Of a stretch of 64,000 nucleotides of DNA, positions 38,622-47,981 are shown one piece after another (the stretch's first letter is position 1; each line of letters opens with the position of its first letter). The translations under genes were made by a program, and so were the position numbers. The stretch is from positions 186,001-250,000 of the IMG/VR virus record IMGVR_UViG_3300044712_001937; one strand, 5' to 3'. Below the pieces are notes generated by a model. It was not told where the DNA came from. It worked only from the letters and a program-made list of their open reading frames with translations, and did not search any database.

Positions 38622-39026
38622 ATGGAAGTTATTGATGTTAAAACATTAGGAAGTTTAGCTACTTCAACATATTTTAGAAATGATAATAAACAAACTATTA
38701 AAGTTGAAGTTAGAATTCGTACTCATTGTAGTGTAGTTAATCAATTAACAACATTTTACTATAATATGTATTTGAGAAAATATAAAGGTAGAAAATTCCG
38801 TTACATTATGACTGGAAATAATCAAGATAAAGATAAATACTCTCAATGGATTGATGAACAAAGTCTCTATATTGCATATCATAATCATTGGAATAATATT
38901 AATCCACTCAAACAATTTAGTAAAACATATTTAAATGGTAATCCTACTTCTTTTTCAGTTGAACCTGTATTACCAGATAAACCAAATGAAATAAAAACCT
39001 TACGTGCTGATAATAAATTTAAATAA
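38622..39026 (+). CDS. Hypothetical protein
   Basis: ORF in run. Confidence 0.7.
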   Translation: MEVIDVKTLGSLATSTYFRNDNKQTIKVEVRIRTHCSVVNQLTTFYYNMYLRKYKGRKFRYIMTGNNQDKDKYSQWIDEQSLYIAYHNHWNNINPLKQFSKTYLNGNPTSFSVEPVLPDKPNEIKTLRADNKFK

Positions 39027-39033
39027 AATAATT

Positions 39034-39391
39034 ATGAGAACACAAATTTTTGCATACAAAGGAATTGTTGCAGCAATTACCGATTTAGAAGATGGTAAAT
39101 TTCTTAATGACCCATTAGCAGGTGGACAATTAGATTGATATAACCAAAGAAGCAAAGGAGTTAATAAGAAAAGCTCCAAGAGAAGGTGGTTCATTTGCAG
39201 CAATAATGCTTACTAAACATGGTGATGGCTCAGATTCATCAATAGGTTTAATCGGATTTAGAAAACATTTATATGCTGGTGAAGACCTGTGTATAGGTAG
39301 GGATTGTGATGTTTCAGTATTGGAAGATTGCAATGAAACCGAAATCGAACTTCCTGTAGATTTTGTTAAGTTTATCGATGAAAACTTTTAA
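39034..39391 (+). pseudogene. ORF split by a +1 frameshift at GAT-TGA-T
   Basis: MRTQIF...GGQLD* (stop 39136-39138) continues in the +1 frame as DITKEAKELIRK...DENF*. Confidence 0.6.
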
Positions 39392-39444
39392 ATAAAATAG
39401 GAAGAAAAATAAAAACCCATGTAAGATTACATGGGTTTTTTTAT

Positions 39445-40341
39445 TTAATACTTAATTCTTCCATCCACACTCCCATCATTACGGATAGATAATTTTTTAC
39501 CGCATCCTTTACATTCATATCTTATTGAATTACCTCTCTTTCCATCTTTAACAATATGATTACTTCCACAATACTTACAAATCATGTTTCTATCTATTAC
39601 CTTATCAACTGGCTTATAATTTAAACATTTATCTTTTTTTCTTTGTAAACTAATATTAGCATCTTTATATATAAAATCAATAAGTTTAAGTATTTCAGAT
39701 GTTTTAATAAAGACTAATTGATATACTATTTGTTTACTTTTACCTCTTGGTAATTTTTCATTTATATTCCAACAATTAATATCGATTGATTTTAAGTATG
39801 AATCTAATTCATAAATAAATGTTTTTGAAACTGAACAAAACTCAATGGTTATTAAATTTTTTCTTTTAGCTCTGATATAAATGCTACCATCAGCATCAAA
39901 AAATCCTCTAATAAAATGAGAAATTAAATTTTCATTAATATCCGGAATTTTTAACATTTCTTTATTTTCATATGATTTTCTTGGGTAAACTCCATTATTT
40001 AATAAATCATGATAAAGTTCTTTTGAAGATTTAGCTAATGATTTTTGTTTCCCTGAATTTTTATTATGCTTAGAAAAATCATATTCTCCAAGATTGAAGA
40101 ATGGGAAATTTTCATGTAGTGAATATATTAAATTTTCATCATCTTTATGAATTGAAATCCTTGTTAAAAATCTAATTCTATTATTTTTCTCAACATAATT
40201 ACTAATAGTACCATCACCATACATAAATCCTAATAAATATGCTTTTTCTTGAGTATCAATTTTTTCTAATTCTCTATTATATTCCATATATTTAAATTTT
40301 CTATAAATACTGTACACATATACAAAAAACCACCAAATCAT
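39445..40341 (-). mobile_element. LAGLIDADG homing endonuclease with C-terminal Zn ribbon
   Basis: YLLGFMYGDGTI and FIRGFFDADGSI; CKYCGS...YECKGCGK; opposite to the local gene direction. Confidence 0.9.
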
Positions 40342-40411
40342 ATTTTTATTTGCAACAATTTATTACATTTGTCGTATTATTGATTACTATAACCAATAAA
40401 AATAAAGTAGT

Positions 40412-42697
40412 ATGATTATCAATATAGATAAATTTTCAGACCAAGAAACAGTTTCAACATGTGAAGAAAATGATATTGTATTATCAAAGGATTCTCAAAG
40501 TATGTTTTTTTCATTATTCACAAAAAACATATACTCAAATCCAATTGGTAGTATAGTTCGTGAAATAACTTCAAATTGTTTTGATAGTCATATTGAAGCT
40601 GGTTGTAATATGCCTGTTTTAATTAAAAAAAGTATAGAAAAAGATACTAATACAAATTACATATCGTTTATCGATTATGGTGTTGGAATGTCACCTGAAA
40701 GAATAGATAAAGTATTTAGAGTGATGTTTTCATCAACAAAACGCTCAGATAACGCACAAATAGGGGGCTTCGGACTCGGTTCGAAAAGTTGCCTTGCTTA
40801 CAAGCGTAGCACAGGTTTTGGCGAAGGTGAATATGACAATTCGTATTATATTATTACAGTATATGATAAGATTAAATACATATACAATATATATGAAGGT
40901 CAAAAATGCCCAAAAATATCCTTACTTCATAGTGAACCAACCGAAGATGGTAATGGTACAGAAGTTAAAATTCCTGTATTAGAAAAAGATTTACGTACAT
41001 TCGAATATGAAATGATACGTCAATTATATTATTTCGAAAATATTATTTTTGAAGGTTTCGACAGCACTAAACTTACAAACGATTATCAAATTATCAGGGG
41101 AAAATCATTCCTATTCAGAGGTAATGAATACAAAGATTCAATCCATGTTTGTTTAGGTAGGGTTGCATATCCTTTAGATTATAATACTTTAGGTTTAAAC
41201 GAATCAGATTATCGTTTACCTGTAGCAATTAAATTAAATGTTGGTGATATAAATGTTGTTGCCAGTCGTGAAGGTTTAGATTATTCTGAAAAAACTATTA
41301 AGGTAGTTAAAGCTAAACTGGAAGAAGTTAAAAGTGAAATTATTGGTTTGATTTCCAAACAATATGAGAACATTGTTACATTGGAAGATTATTTTAAAGT
41401 TAAATCTAAGTTTGGATTTCTTTATTTCTCAAACGGTTTATCTATTAATGTAGGTAATGTTATTAGTGTTAAAGATATTAACTATAAAAACTTTCGATAT
41501 AATTCACTTAAATCAATTCCAAAAGATACTGAATTATTTAAGCTGTTTTTCAATGTTGAAGCTTATGGTAAAAAATTAAATAAGAATGTACACCGTAGAA
41601 CCATATTTTTTGATGGAAGTTTCGATGAAATTCTAAGAAAAAATTTCGTTTACTATATAGATACTCCAATGGAACGTAAAAGAATTAAACGTGCTTATAT
41701 GAAGTCTCTGCATGAAACATATTTTGTAATTAGGAAAAATAATTTCATTCATTCAACTAATAGAGAAACAATTTGTGATTTGTTCAATGTTAATTTTAAC
41801 AGTTTTTACAATAAATCAACTGATGGTCAATGTACGGAACTTACTGATTTTTCAAAAACATTGTTAATGTTAAGAGATGAGTTGTTTGAAATTGTTACAA
41901 AATATCGTCAGGATTATAATGAAGTTAATGTTCCGGAAAATTTCATTCTTGAAAAGAAAAGAAATATTATCGATACTAAGATACTTAGAGAAACTAAAAT
42001 TCAAGTTAAATTCTTTGGTGTCAGTGGTAAAGATAAAGTTAAATTATCAGCATTGTTCGATTTAAACATTCCAATTTTTTATGGTTCACAGGATGATGAA
42101 AATAAATTAAACAATGCCAGATATATTCATACTACATTGTTCGGTGGTGGGTCAATGATTTCATATTATGAAGAATATGGTAATAAAATTAACTTTAATT
42201 CAGATAAAAAGGGTATATTGTTCATAATGTTAAGTAAGGGTAATTTAAAATATATGCAATATTGCAAAAAAGCTTACCATATAGATAATTATTACTGGAA
42301 AATGCTTCATCGTAAAGCTGACATGGTTTATGATTACTTCAACAGTTTTGAATTTATTCAATCATATCAAAACTTATCATCAATGTACAAGTCTAATAAG
42401 TTTGATATAATTAATAAAGATTGGGGACGTAAAATTAAAAAAGTTAATGAATATTATCAAAAAATAATTTCAAATAAAAATAAAAATATTGGTGATATTC
42501 GTCAATACTTAACTCCTTATTTTAATTTATCTAATTTAAATCAAAGTACTGAAAATAAAAAAATAAGCAGTATACTTGATGATATTTATAAATTAAAAAC
42601 TGCTAATGAAAAATCTATTAGGTATATTAATATGCCAAATGATTTTTCAACAGATGAAGTATTAATTGATATATTAAAAAAAGTTATGATATTTTAA
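40412..42697 (+). CDS. rIIA: rIIA-like protein (GHKL ATPase N-terminus)
   Basis: IYSNPIGSIVREITSNCFDSH; DYGVGMS; STKR...IGGFGLGSKS; followed by rIIB. Confidence 0.85.
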   Translation: MIINIDKFSDQETVSTCEENDIVLSKDSQSMFFSLFTKNIYSNPIGSIVREITSNCFDSHIEAGCNMPVLIKKSIEKDTNTNYISFIDYGVGMSPERIDKVFRVMFSSTKRSDNAQIGGFGLGSKSCLAYKRSTGFGEGEYDNSYYIITVYDKIKYIYNIYEGQKCPKISLLHSEPTEDGNGTEVKIPVLEKDLRTFEYEMIRQLYYFENIIFEGFDSTKLTNDYQIIRGKSFLFRGNEYKDSIHVCLGRVAYPLDYNTLGLNESDYRLPVAIKLNVGDINVVASREGLDYSEKTIKVVKAKLEEVKSEIIGLISKQYENIVTLEDYFKVKSKFGFLYFSNGLSINVGNVISVKDINYKNFRYNSLKSIPKDTELFKLFFNVEAYGKKLNKNVHRRTIFFDGSFDEILRKNFVYYIDTPMERKRIKRAYMKSLHETYFVIRKNNFIHSTNRETICDLFNVNFNSFYNKSTDGQCTELTDFSKTLLMLRDELFEIVTKYRQDYNEVNVPENFILEKKRNIIDTKILRETKIQVKFFGVSGKDKVKLSALFDLNIPIFYGSQDDENKLNNARYIHTTLFGGGSMISYYEEYGNKINFNSDKKGILFIMLSKGNLKYMQYCKKAYHIDNYYWKMLHRKADMVYDYFNSFEFIQSYQNLSSMYKSNKFDIINKDWGRKIKKVNEYYQKIISNKNKNIGDIRQYLTPYFNLSNLNQSTENKKISSILDDIYKLKTANEKSIRYINMPNDFSTDEVLIDILKKVMIF

Positions 42698-42757
42698 GTA
42701 ACAAATTCAAATTAATATCGTATATTTACGCAAAACAAAATAACTAAATATAAAATT

Positions 42758-43948
42758 ATGGCAAATAAAATAAGTATTCACGTAGTTAAAACAGGTAATA
42801 CTGTCCACATTAGTCTTGGTGGCAAGCTTATTGATAAAAACTGCGGTAATCCTAAAGAAGCTGATGAGTTATTTAAAATAGTTCTTGCTGCGAAGGAAAA
42901 TCCAAGTGAAGATAACTTACGCAAAATTCGTGCATATGTAAATGAAAAATTGCGTGTAGCATATTTAACAGGATTAGAACATGACCCAGATACTGGTGAA
43001 GTATTCTTGGCAGGTTTCAATACCCCAATTCCTCAAACATTGGTTGATATTATCAGGGAGTATCACGAAAATAAATATCCGTTAACACCAATTTTTAACT
43101 TCTGGAAGTTATTAATGATTAATCCGGATAAGCGTGTACGTGAAAGTTTATTCAAATTTATTACTGCTCACGATTTCTCATTAACAGATATGGGATATAT
43201 GATTGTTTATAAAGCAGTATATTTAAAAGACCAAAAACCTGTTCGTGATACTACTTATGAAGATTTCATAAGCACTCAATATCTTCACGTAAAGAATAAC
43301 TGGAAATGTAGTCCTAATAAATATGTGGTTTATAAAAACCTTGCAGATTTTACTTTTGCAATTACAAAATATGAAACTGCTAAGACTTGGGACGAAAAAG
43401 AAAAAAATATCGAAATTCTTGGTAAACTTGGCGATATCTATTCAGCCATTGTTGTTGAAGATAATAAACCGCTTCAATACACTGATATGTATTCCCAAAC
43501 CATGACCATTGAACTTGGTGTACCAGCGAAGAAGGAAAGAAAAGATTGTGATGCTAATCCAGATAAGAATTGCTCTAATGGATTACATTGCGGTGCAACA
43601 AACTATGTAAGCAATTATGCCAAGAAGACAAGTCATATTCTTGTATGTTTTGTCAATCCAATGAATGTTATAGCAGTACCACATTATAACCATTCAAAAA
43701 TGAGGGTTTCAGAATATTTTCCATTCGCTTTAGCTGAATATGATTTTGATAAGAAAAAGATTTCAATTATTGAAGAAAAATATTTCGAAAATGATTATAA
43801 AGCTTATGAAGTTATAGAACTCGAAAAATTGGTTACTAAAGTGAAATCAGAAGAAAAACCAATTGAAAAAGCACAAAATGCCGAAGATGAAGTACGTCCA
43901 ATGTCTGAATTATTAAAAATTATTGAGGGAAGAATGATTGATTTATAA
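42758..43948 (+). CDS. rIIB: rIIB-like protein
   Basis: YKAV...CSNGLHCG...VNPMNVIAVP...KMRVSEY; tandem with rIIA. Confidence 0.85.
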   Translation: MANKISIHVVKTGNTVHISLGGKLIDKNCGNPKEADELFKIVLAAKENPSEDNLRKIRAYVNEKLRVAYLTGLEHDPDTGEVFLAGFNTPIPQTLVDIIREYHENKYPLTPIFNFWKLLMINPDKRVRESLFKFITAHDFSLTDMGYMIVYKAVYLKDQKPVRDTTYEDFISTQYLHVKNNWKCSPNKYVVYKNLADFTFAITKYETAKTWDEKEKNIEILGKLGDIYSAIVVEDNKPLQYTDMYSQTMTIELGVPAKKERKDCDANPDKNCSNGLHCGATNYVSNYAKKTSHILVCFVNPMNVIAVPHYNHSKMRVSEYFPFALAEYDFDKKKISIIEEKYFENDYKAYEVIELEKLVTKVKSEEKPIEKAQNAEDEVRPMSELLKIIEGRMIDL

Positions 43949-43968
43949 TTAAATTAATTATATTTTGT

Positions 43969-44002
43969 AAAAACCGATATCTTTATAAGATATCGGTTTT
44001 TT
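43969..44002 (+). terminator. Rho-independent terminator
   Basis: AAAAACCGATATCTT...AAGATATCGGTTTTTT. Confidence 0.85.
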
Positions 44003-44016
44003 ATATTTATTTAAAT

Positions 44017-44553
44017 ATGACTAAAGAAGAAAAGAAAATATATCAAAAAAAATATGAAATTGTTAATAAACAAAGAATTAGAGAATTACGTATTCAACGT
44101 GATATAAAAAATAAAGAAAAAATAAGGAATCAACAAATAATATATAAATTAAAAAATTCTGAAAAAATAAAAGAATATAATAAAACATGGCGAAAAAATA
44201 ATTCTGAAAAAGCAAAAGAATGGGTAATGAATAATAAAGATAAAAGAAAAATTATTGATAAAAATTATAAATCAAATAATAAAGAAAAAGTGATTAGTTA
44301 TAAATTAAAGAAAAATTATGGAATTACATTAGCACAATATAATGAAATGCTTACTAATCAAAATAATTCATGCTTAATTTGTAATACTAATCAAAATGAA
44401 TTATCAAAAAAATTAGTAGTAGACCATGACCATTTAACTGGAAAAGTTAGAGGTTTATTGTGTGATAAATGTAATAGAGGATTGGGGCATTTTAATGATA
44501 ATATTGAAACTTTAATTCAAGCAATCAAATACTTGGGGTCTAATAAGATTTAA
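44017..44553 (+). CDS. Endonuclease VII-like HNH homing endonuclease
   Basis: QNNSCLIC...VVDHDHLTGKVRGLLCDKCNRGLG; basic repeat-like N-terminus. Confidence 0.9.
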   Translation: MTKEEKKIYQKKYEIVNKQRIRELRIQRDIKNKEKIRNQQIIYKLKNSEKIKEYNKTWRKNNSEKAKEWVMNNKDKRKIIDKNYKSNNKEKVISYKLKKNYGITLAQYNEMLTNQNNSCLICNTNQNELSKKLVVDHDHLTGKVRGLLCDKCNRGLGHFNDNIETLIQAIKYLGSNKI

Positions 44554-44570
44554 AATTCTGGGACTTTTTT

Positions 44571-44915
44571 TTGCAACATATATTCATAAATTTCGTACTT
44601 AAATATGTAAAAATTAGGAAAAATATGAAAAACGCCAATATTTATCGTAAAGAATTAAGTGAAATTAAAGCTAAAGAAATTGCTTTAAAAAATAGTATAG
44701 GTAAAAGACTTTATACTTTAGCTCTTAATTATCCGGATGCTATTGTAAGTAAAGTTGGTGATACTCCAATTAAAGCTAAAAGAATTGCATCAGCATTTTA
44801 TATTGAATCAATTGAATTATCAGCACAGATTGATTGTATTGAACGAATTGAAAAATATATTGAAAGTATTTCTCCAGTAAAGCAGCTTGAAATTAATTGG
44901 GAAAACATAAAATAA
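44571..44915 (+). CDS. Hypothetical protein (start probably 44625)
   Basis: Behind promoter motif at 44573. Confidence 0.65.
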   Translation: MQHIFINFVLKYVKIRKNMKNANIYRKELSEIKAKEIALKNSIGKRLYTLALNYPDAIVSKVGDTPIKAKRIASAFYIESIELSAQIDCIERIEKYIESISPVKQLEINWENIK

Positions 44916-44922
44916 GAAAATC

Positions 44923-45303
44923 ATGGAACTAATTAAAAAGAAAATTAAAGACTTAATTAATTTTTCATTTGCTGAATCTCAACCCGATGAAAATATTAGT
45001 TTGGCAAAGACCATTAAAAAGGTATTAATAGAACATATTGTTAATGAACTGAAAATACTTTCCAAAGAAAATAATACTATTCTTGGTCGTGTAATTAAGT
45101 TTTCAGTTAATGATTCTTATGCATATTATGTTATTGTTAATATAAGAGATGTAAATGTTGATATTGTTTGGCTTGATTATGGAAAAGGTTATCAGAATCT
45201 TAAATTTACTGAATTTGATACAATTCCTTTTGATTATGCAAATGAGAAAGTACAAAAAGAAGATGAATTTGAAATATCTGAACCTGAAAAAATTAGTATA
45301 TGA
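44923..45303 (+). CDS. Hypothetical protein
   Basis: ORF in run. Confidence 0.7.
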   Translation: MELIKKKIKDLINFSFAESQPDENISLAKTIKKVLIEHIVNELKILSKENNTILGRVIKFSVNDSYAYYVIVNIRDVNVDIVWLDYGKGYQNLKFTEFDTIPFDYANEKVQKEDEFEISEPEKISI

Positions 45304-45575
45304 ATATATTTTTAATTAAAAAAATAATTTGGGGAATAATCACACTAATTGTAATGTTAATGTCATGTATTTGTATTATGTACAGTATTGGTGGTTTCTC
45401 TAAAGCCAAGTTTTTGTTTGCATCATTATCAATATCTTCAAACATATTTAATTTATTATTTATGTTACCAGTTATTGTTTGTTGCTTAATTGCGTTATTT
45501 GTCTGTCTTAAAAAATTTTTCAATTATAATGCAAAACAGAAACTGTTTAATTATGTCAACAATAAAATTTTGTAA
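45300..45575 (+). CDS. Small membrane protein
   Basis: Two TM segments. Confidence 0.6.
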   Translation: MNIFLIKKIIWGIITLIVMLMSCICIMYSIGGFSKAKFLFASLSISSNIFNLLFMLPVIVCCLIALFVCLKKFFNYNAKQKLFNYVNNKIL

Positions 45576-45764
45576 ATCAATATTTTTTATCTAATTTTAA
45601 ATTTTTTAATTTCAAATAAATTATGACAACAAAAATAAGCGAAAACGAAATAAATGAGCAAATTGATTTAGCAAATCAAGCAATTAATGATGGTGGTAAA
45701 TTTACCTTTTTGTCTTATGAAGATGGCGTTAAAACTGCATTAGAATGGATAATGGGTAATACTG

Positions 45765-46247
45765 ATGTTAAACCAATGGAAGATTAATCATATGACTATT
45801 ACTTATCTTAAAGGTGATGTAACATATCCAATTGGTGATGGTAATAAAATAATACCGCACTGTTGTAATGATTCTTCAAAATGGGGGCGTGGTTTCGTCT
45901 TGGCTCTCAGCAAACGTTGGAGAGAACCCGAAGAAGTTTATCGTTCAGTAAAACTAGAAAATCTTATTCTTGGAAAAGTTCAATTCATTTGTGTTGAAAA
46001 TGATATTATTGTTGCAAACATGGTTGGTCAACATGATATTAAACCTAATGAATTAGGCGAACCTCCTGTTAGATATTGGGCAATAAGAAAATGTTTACAA
46101 CAAGTAAACCGCATGGCAAAATTATCTAATTCAACAATACATTGCCCTAAGTTCGGAAGTGGCTTAAGTGCTGGAAAATGGGAAGAGATTGAAAAAATTA
46201 TTATAGAAACTATTGAAGTGGATGTATTTGTTTATGATTTAATTTAA
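45765..46247 (+). CDS. Macro domain (ADP-ribose processing) protein (start probably 45792)
   Basis: YLKGDVT...HCCND...WGRGFV...IHCPKFGSGLSAGKWEEI. Confidence 0.85.
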   Translation: MLNQWKINHMTITYLKGDVTYPIGDGNKIIPHCCNDSSKWGRGFVLALSKRWREPEEVYRSVKLENLILGKVQFICVENDIIVANMVGQHDIKPNELGEPPVRYWAIRKCLQQVNRMAKLSNSTIHCPKFGSGLSAGKWEEIEKIIIETIEVDVFVYDLI

Positions 46248-46253
46248 AATAAT

Positions 46254-46622
46254 ATGGAAAACAAATCTATAAAAATTAATGTACCCGAAGGGTTTGAAAT
46301 TGATAAGGATAAATCAACGTTTGATGAAATTATTTTTAAGCCAAAACAGAGTTTTGAAAAAGATATGTCAGACTTTTTGTTTAATATTATCAATGGTTCA
46401 ACCATGATAATGACTGAAAAGGATGAAGTCACATATTATAAAGATAATGAATGGATTCTGCAACAGGATTTTAAAAAAGATAATTTATGGGTTAGATATT
46501 CATTAATTTGGGTAATTTTTGAGAAAAAATATAGTCTTAACAACCAACAAATCAGTGATTTTATTAAGGGTTGGGTAGAAACCAACCTAAATTGGAAGGG
46601 ATTAACACCAGGTTGCTGGTGA
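46254..46622 (+). CDS. Hypothetical protein whose C-terminus is encoded by a CRISPR-like repeat (copy A)
   Basis: Ends WVETNLNWKGLTP-GCW*, with the stop inside the spacer. Confidence 0.85.
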   Translation: MENKSIKINVPEGFEIDKDKSTFDEIIFKPKQSFEKDMSDFLFNIINGSTMIMTEKDEVTYYKDNEWILQQDFKKDNLWVRYSLIWVIFEKKYSLNNQQISDFIKGWVETNLNWKGLTPGCW

Positions 46623-46675
46623 AGAAACGATTGAAAACAGGTAGAAACCAACCTAAATTGGAAGGGATTAACACC
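46574..46675 (+). CRISPR. In-gene mini-array A (repeat, 30-nt spacer, repeat)
   Basis: GGTAGAAACCAACCTAAATTGGAAGGGATTAACACC at 46574 and 46640 (identical); spacer AGGTTGCTGGTGAAGAAACGATTGAAAACA. Confidence 0.75.
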
Positions 46676-46700
46676 AGATAATATAAAATTTATATAATTT

Positions 46701-47054
46701 ATGTATAATAAACCATTAGTAGTATTAGCAAAGAAATTAGGATTTGAAAGTAAATTTTTTTCAGACCAACCTTGGAAGTTCTCAGAACGTGAACCGATGA
46801 GATATCAATTATGGCTGGAGGAATTAAAACAATGGTTAATCAATAATTATGATTTATATGTTGAAGTTCCAAAAACGATGAGCACTTTTATTAATAATGA
46901 ATCATACAAAAAAACTTATAAATTTACATTTAATATAAAAGATATTACTGATGAGCATTTTAAAACAACTTCTTTAAATGGATTCGATTCATATTTAAAA
47001 GCATTAGAAGTTGGCGTTCATAGAACATTAATTTATATAGATGAAATAAAATAA
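46701..47054 (+). CDS. Hypothetical protein, paralog of 50846
   Basis: LKQWL...YV...F/YxxYxxALExG. Confidence 0.7.
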   Translation: MYNKPLVVLAKKLGFESKFFSDQPWKFSEREPMRYQLWLEELKQWLINNYDLYVEVPKTMSTFINNESYKKTYKFTFNIKDITDEHFKTTSLNGFDSYLKALEVGVHRTLIYIDEIK

Positions 47055-47120
47055 TTATTAAAATATTTTGTATCTTTATGCGATATATTATAAAATAACC
47101 TTATTTAATCCTGAAATTAT

Positions 47121-47531
47121 ATGGACGTAGCTTTTCTAACTACCGATTTTAAACTACCAGATTATTCAAATGAATTATTAACCGCAGCACAAGCAATTGA
47201 AAAACTTAAGGATGAAATTGAAACTATAAATCTAAATAAAACAATTACTGATAAATCTCATGAAATAATATTTGAGCGTATCATTAAAGTTTTAGATTAT
47301 GTTGGAAAATTATCACAACCTTCATTTGAAATTGAGTATAAATTGGAAGAATTGTATATAATAAACTATCCACATTCTCCAGAGCTTGCAAAAAAATTAT
47401 GGCAAGACCACTATGAAAATATTCATCATCCATTCGATTTATTAAAAAACAGATGTTTTAGATTAATTGAAGAATTGGATGCAATATTTCATATAATTCA
47501 CAAAAGGCATCCAAGAAACTGGAAACCATAA
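47121..47531 (+). CDS. Hypothetical protein
   Basis: ORF in run. Confidence 0.75.
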   Translation: MDVAFLTTDFKLPDYSNELLTAAQAIEKLKDEIETINLNKTITDKSHEIIFERIIKVLDYVGKLSQPSFEIEYKLEELYIINYPHSPELAKKLWQDHYENIHHPFDLLKNRCFRLIEELDAIFHIIHKRHPRNWKP

Positions 47532-47559
47532 ACTATTAATATACCTTAAATTTAATAAC

Positions 47560-47967
47560 ATGGAAAACAAATCTATAAAAATTAACGTACCCGAAGGGTT
47601 TGAAATTGATAAAGATAAATCAAGTTTCGAAGAAATCGTTTTTAAAATAAAACAAGATATAAATAAAGAAATGTCAGATTTCTTATTTAAAATCGTCAAT
47701 GGTTGTATGATGAAAATGACTGATGAAAATAAAATCACTTATTATAAGGATGATGAGTGGATTTTACAACAGGATTTTAAAAAGAGTTATTTATGGATTA
47801 GATATTCATTAATTTGGGAAATTTTCGAGAAAAAATATGCTCTTAACTATCAACAAATCAAGAATTTTATAGTGGGTTGGGTAGAAACAAACCTAAATTG
47901 GAAGGGATTAACACCGCGACCTAAATGGAGTAATGTTCCTCATGAGGTAGAAACAAACCTAAATTAG
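47560..47967 (+). CDS. Hypothetical protein whose C-terminus runs through repeat-spacer-repeat (copy B)
   Basis: Ends WVETNLNWKGLTP-RPKWSNVPHE-VETNLN*. Confidence 0.85.
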   Translation: MENKSIKINVPEGFEIDKDKSSFEEIVFKIKQDINKEMSDFLFKIVNGCMMKMTDENKITYYKDDEWILQQDFKKSYLWIRYSLIWEIFEKKYALNYQQIKNFIVGWVETNLNWKGLTPRPKWSNVPHEVETNLN

Positions 47968-47981
47968 AAGGAATTAATACC
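47880..47981 (+). CRISPR. In-gene mini-array B (repeat, 30-nt spacer, degenerate repeat)
   Basis: GGTAGAAACAAACCTAAATTGGAAGGGATTAACACC at 47880; spacer GCGACCTAAATGGAGTAATGTTCCTCATGA; trailer GGTAGAAACAAACCTAAATTAGAAGGAATTAATACC at 47946. Confidence 0.75.

Noticed and set aside
46574-47981. Simple protein tandem repeat, DGR or TIGR array as the explanation of the 36-nt repeats
   Set aside because: The inserts are unrelated to each other and to the gene, there is no reverse transcriptase or A-specific variation, and there is no Nop-domain gene or box C/D motif. The fixed 30-nt spacing and similarity to the CRISPR repeat fit spacer integration better.
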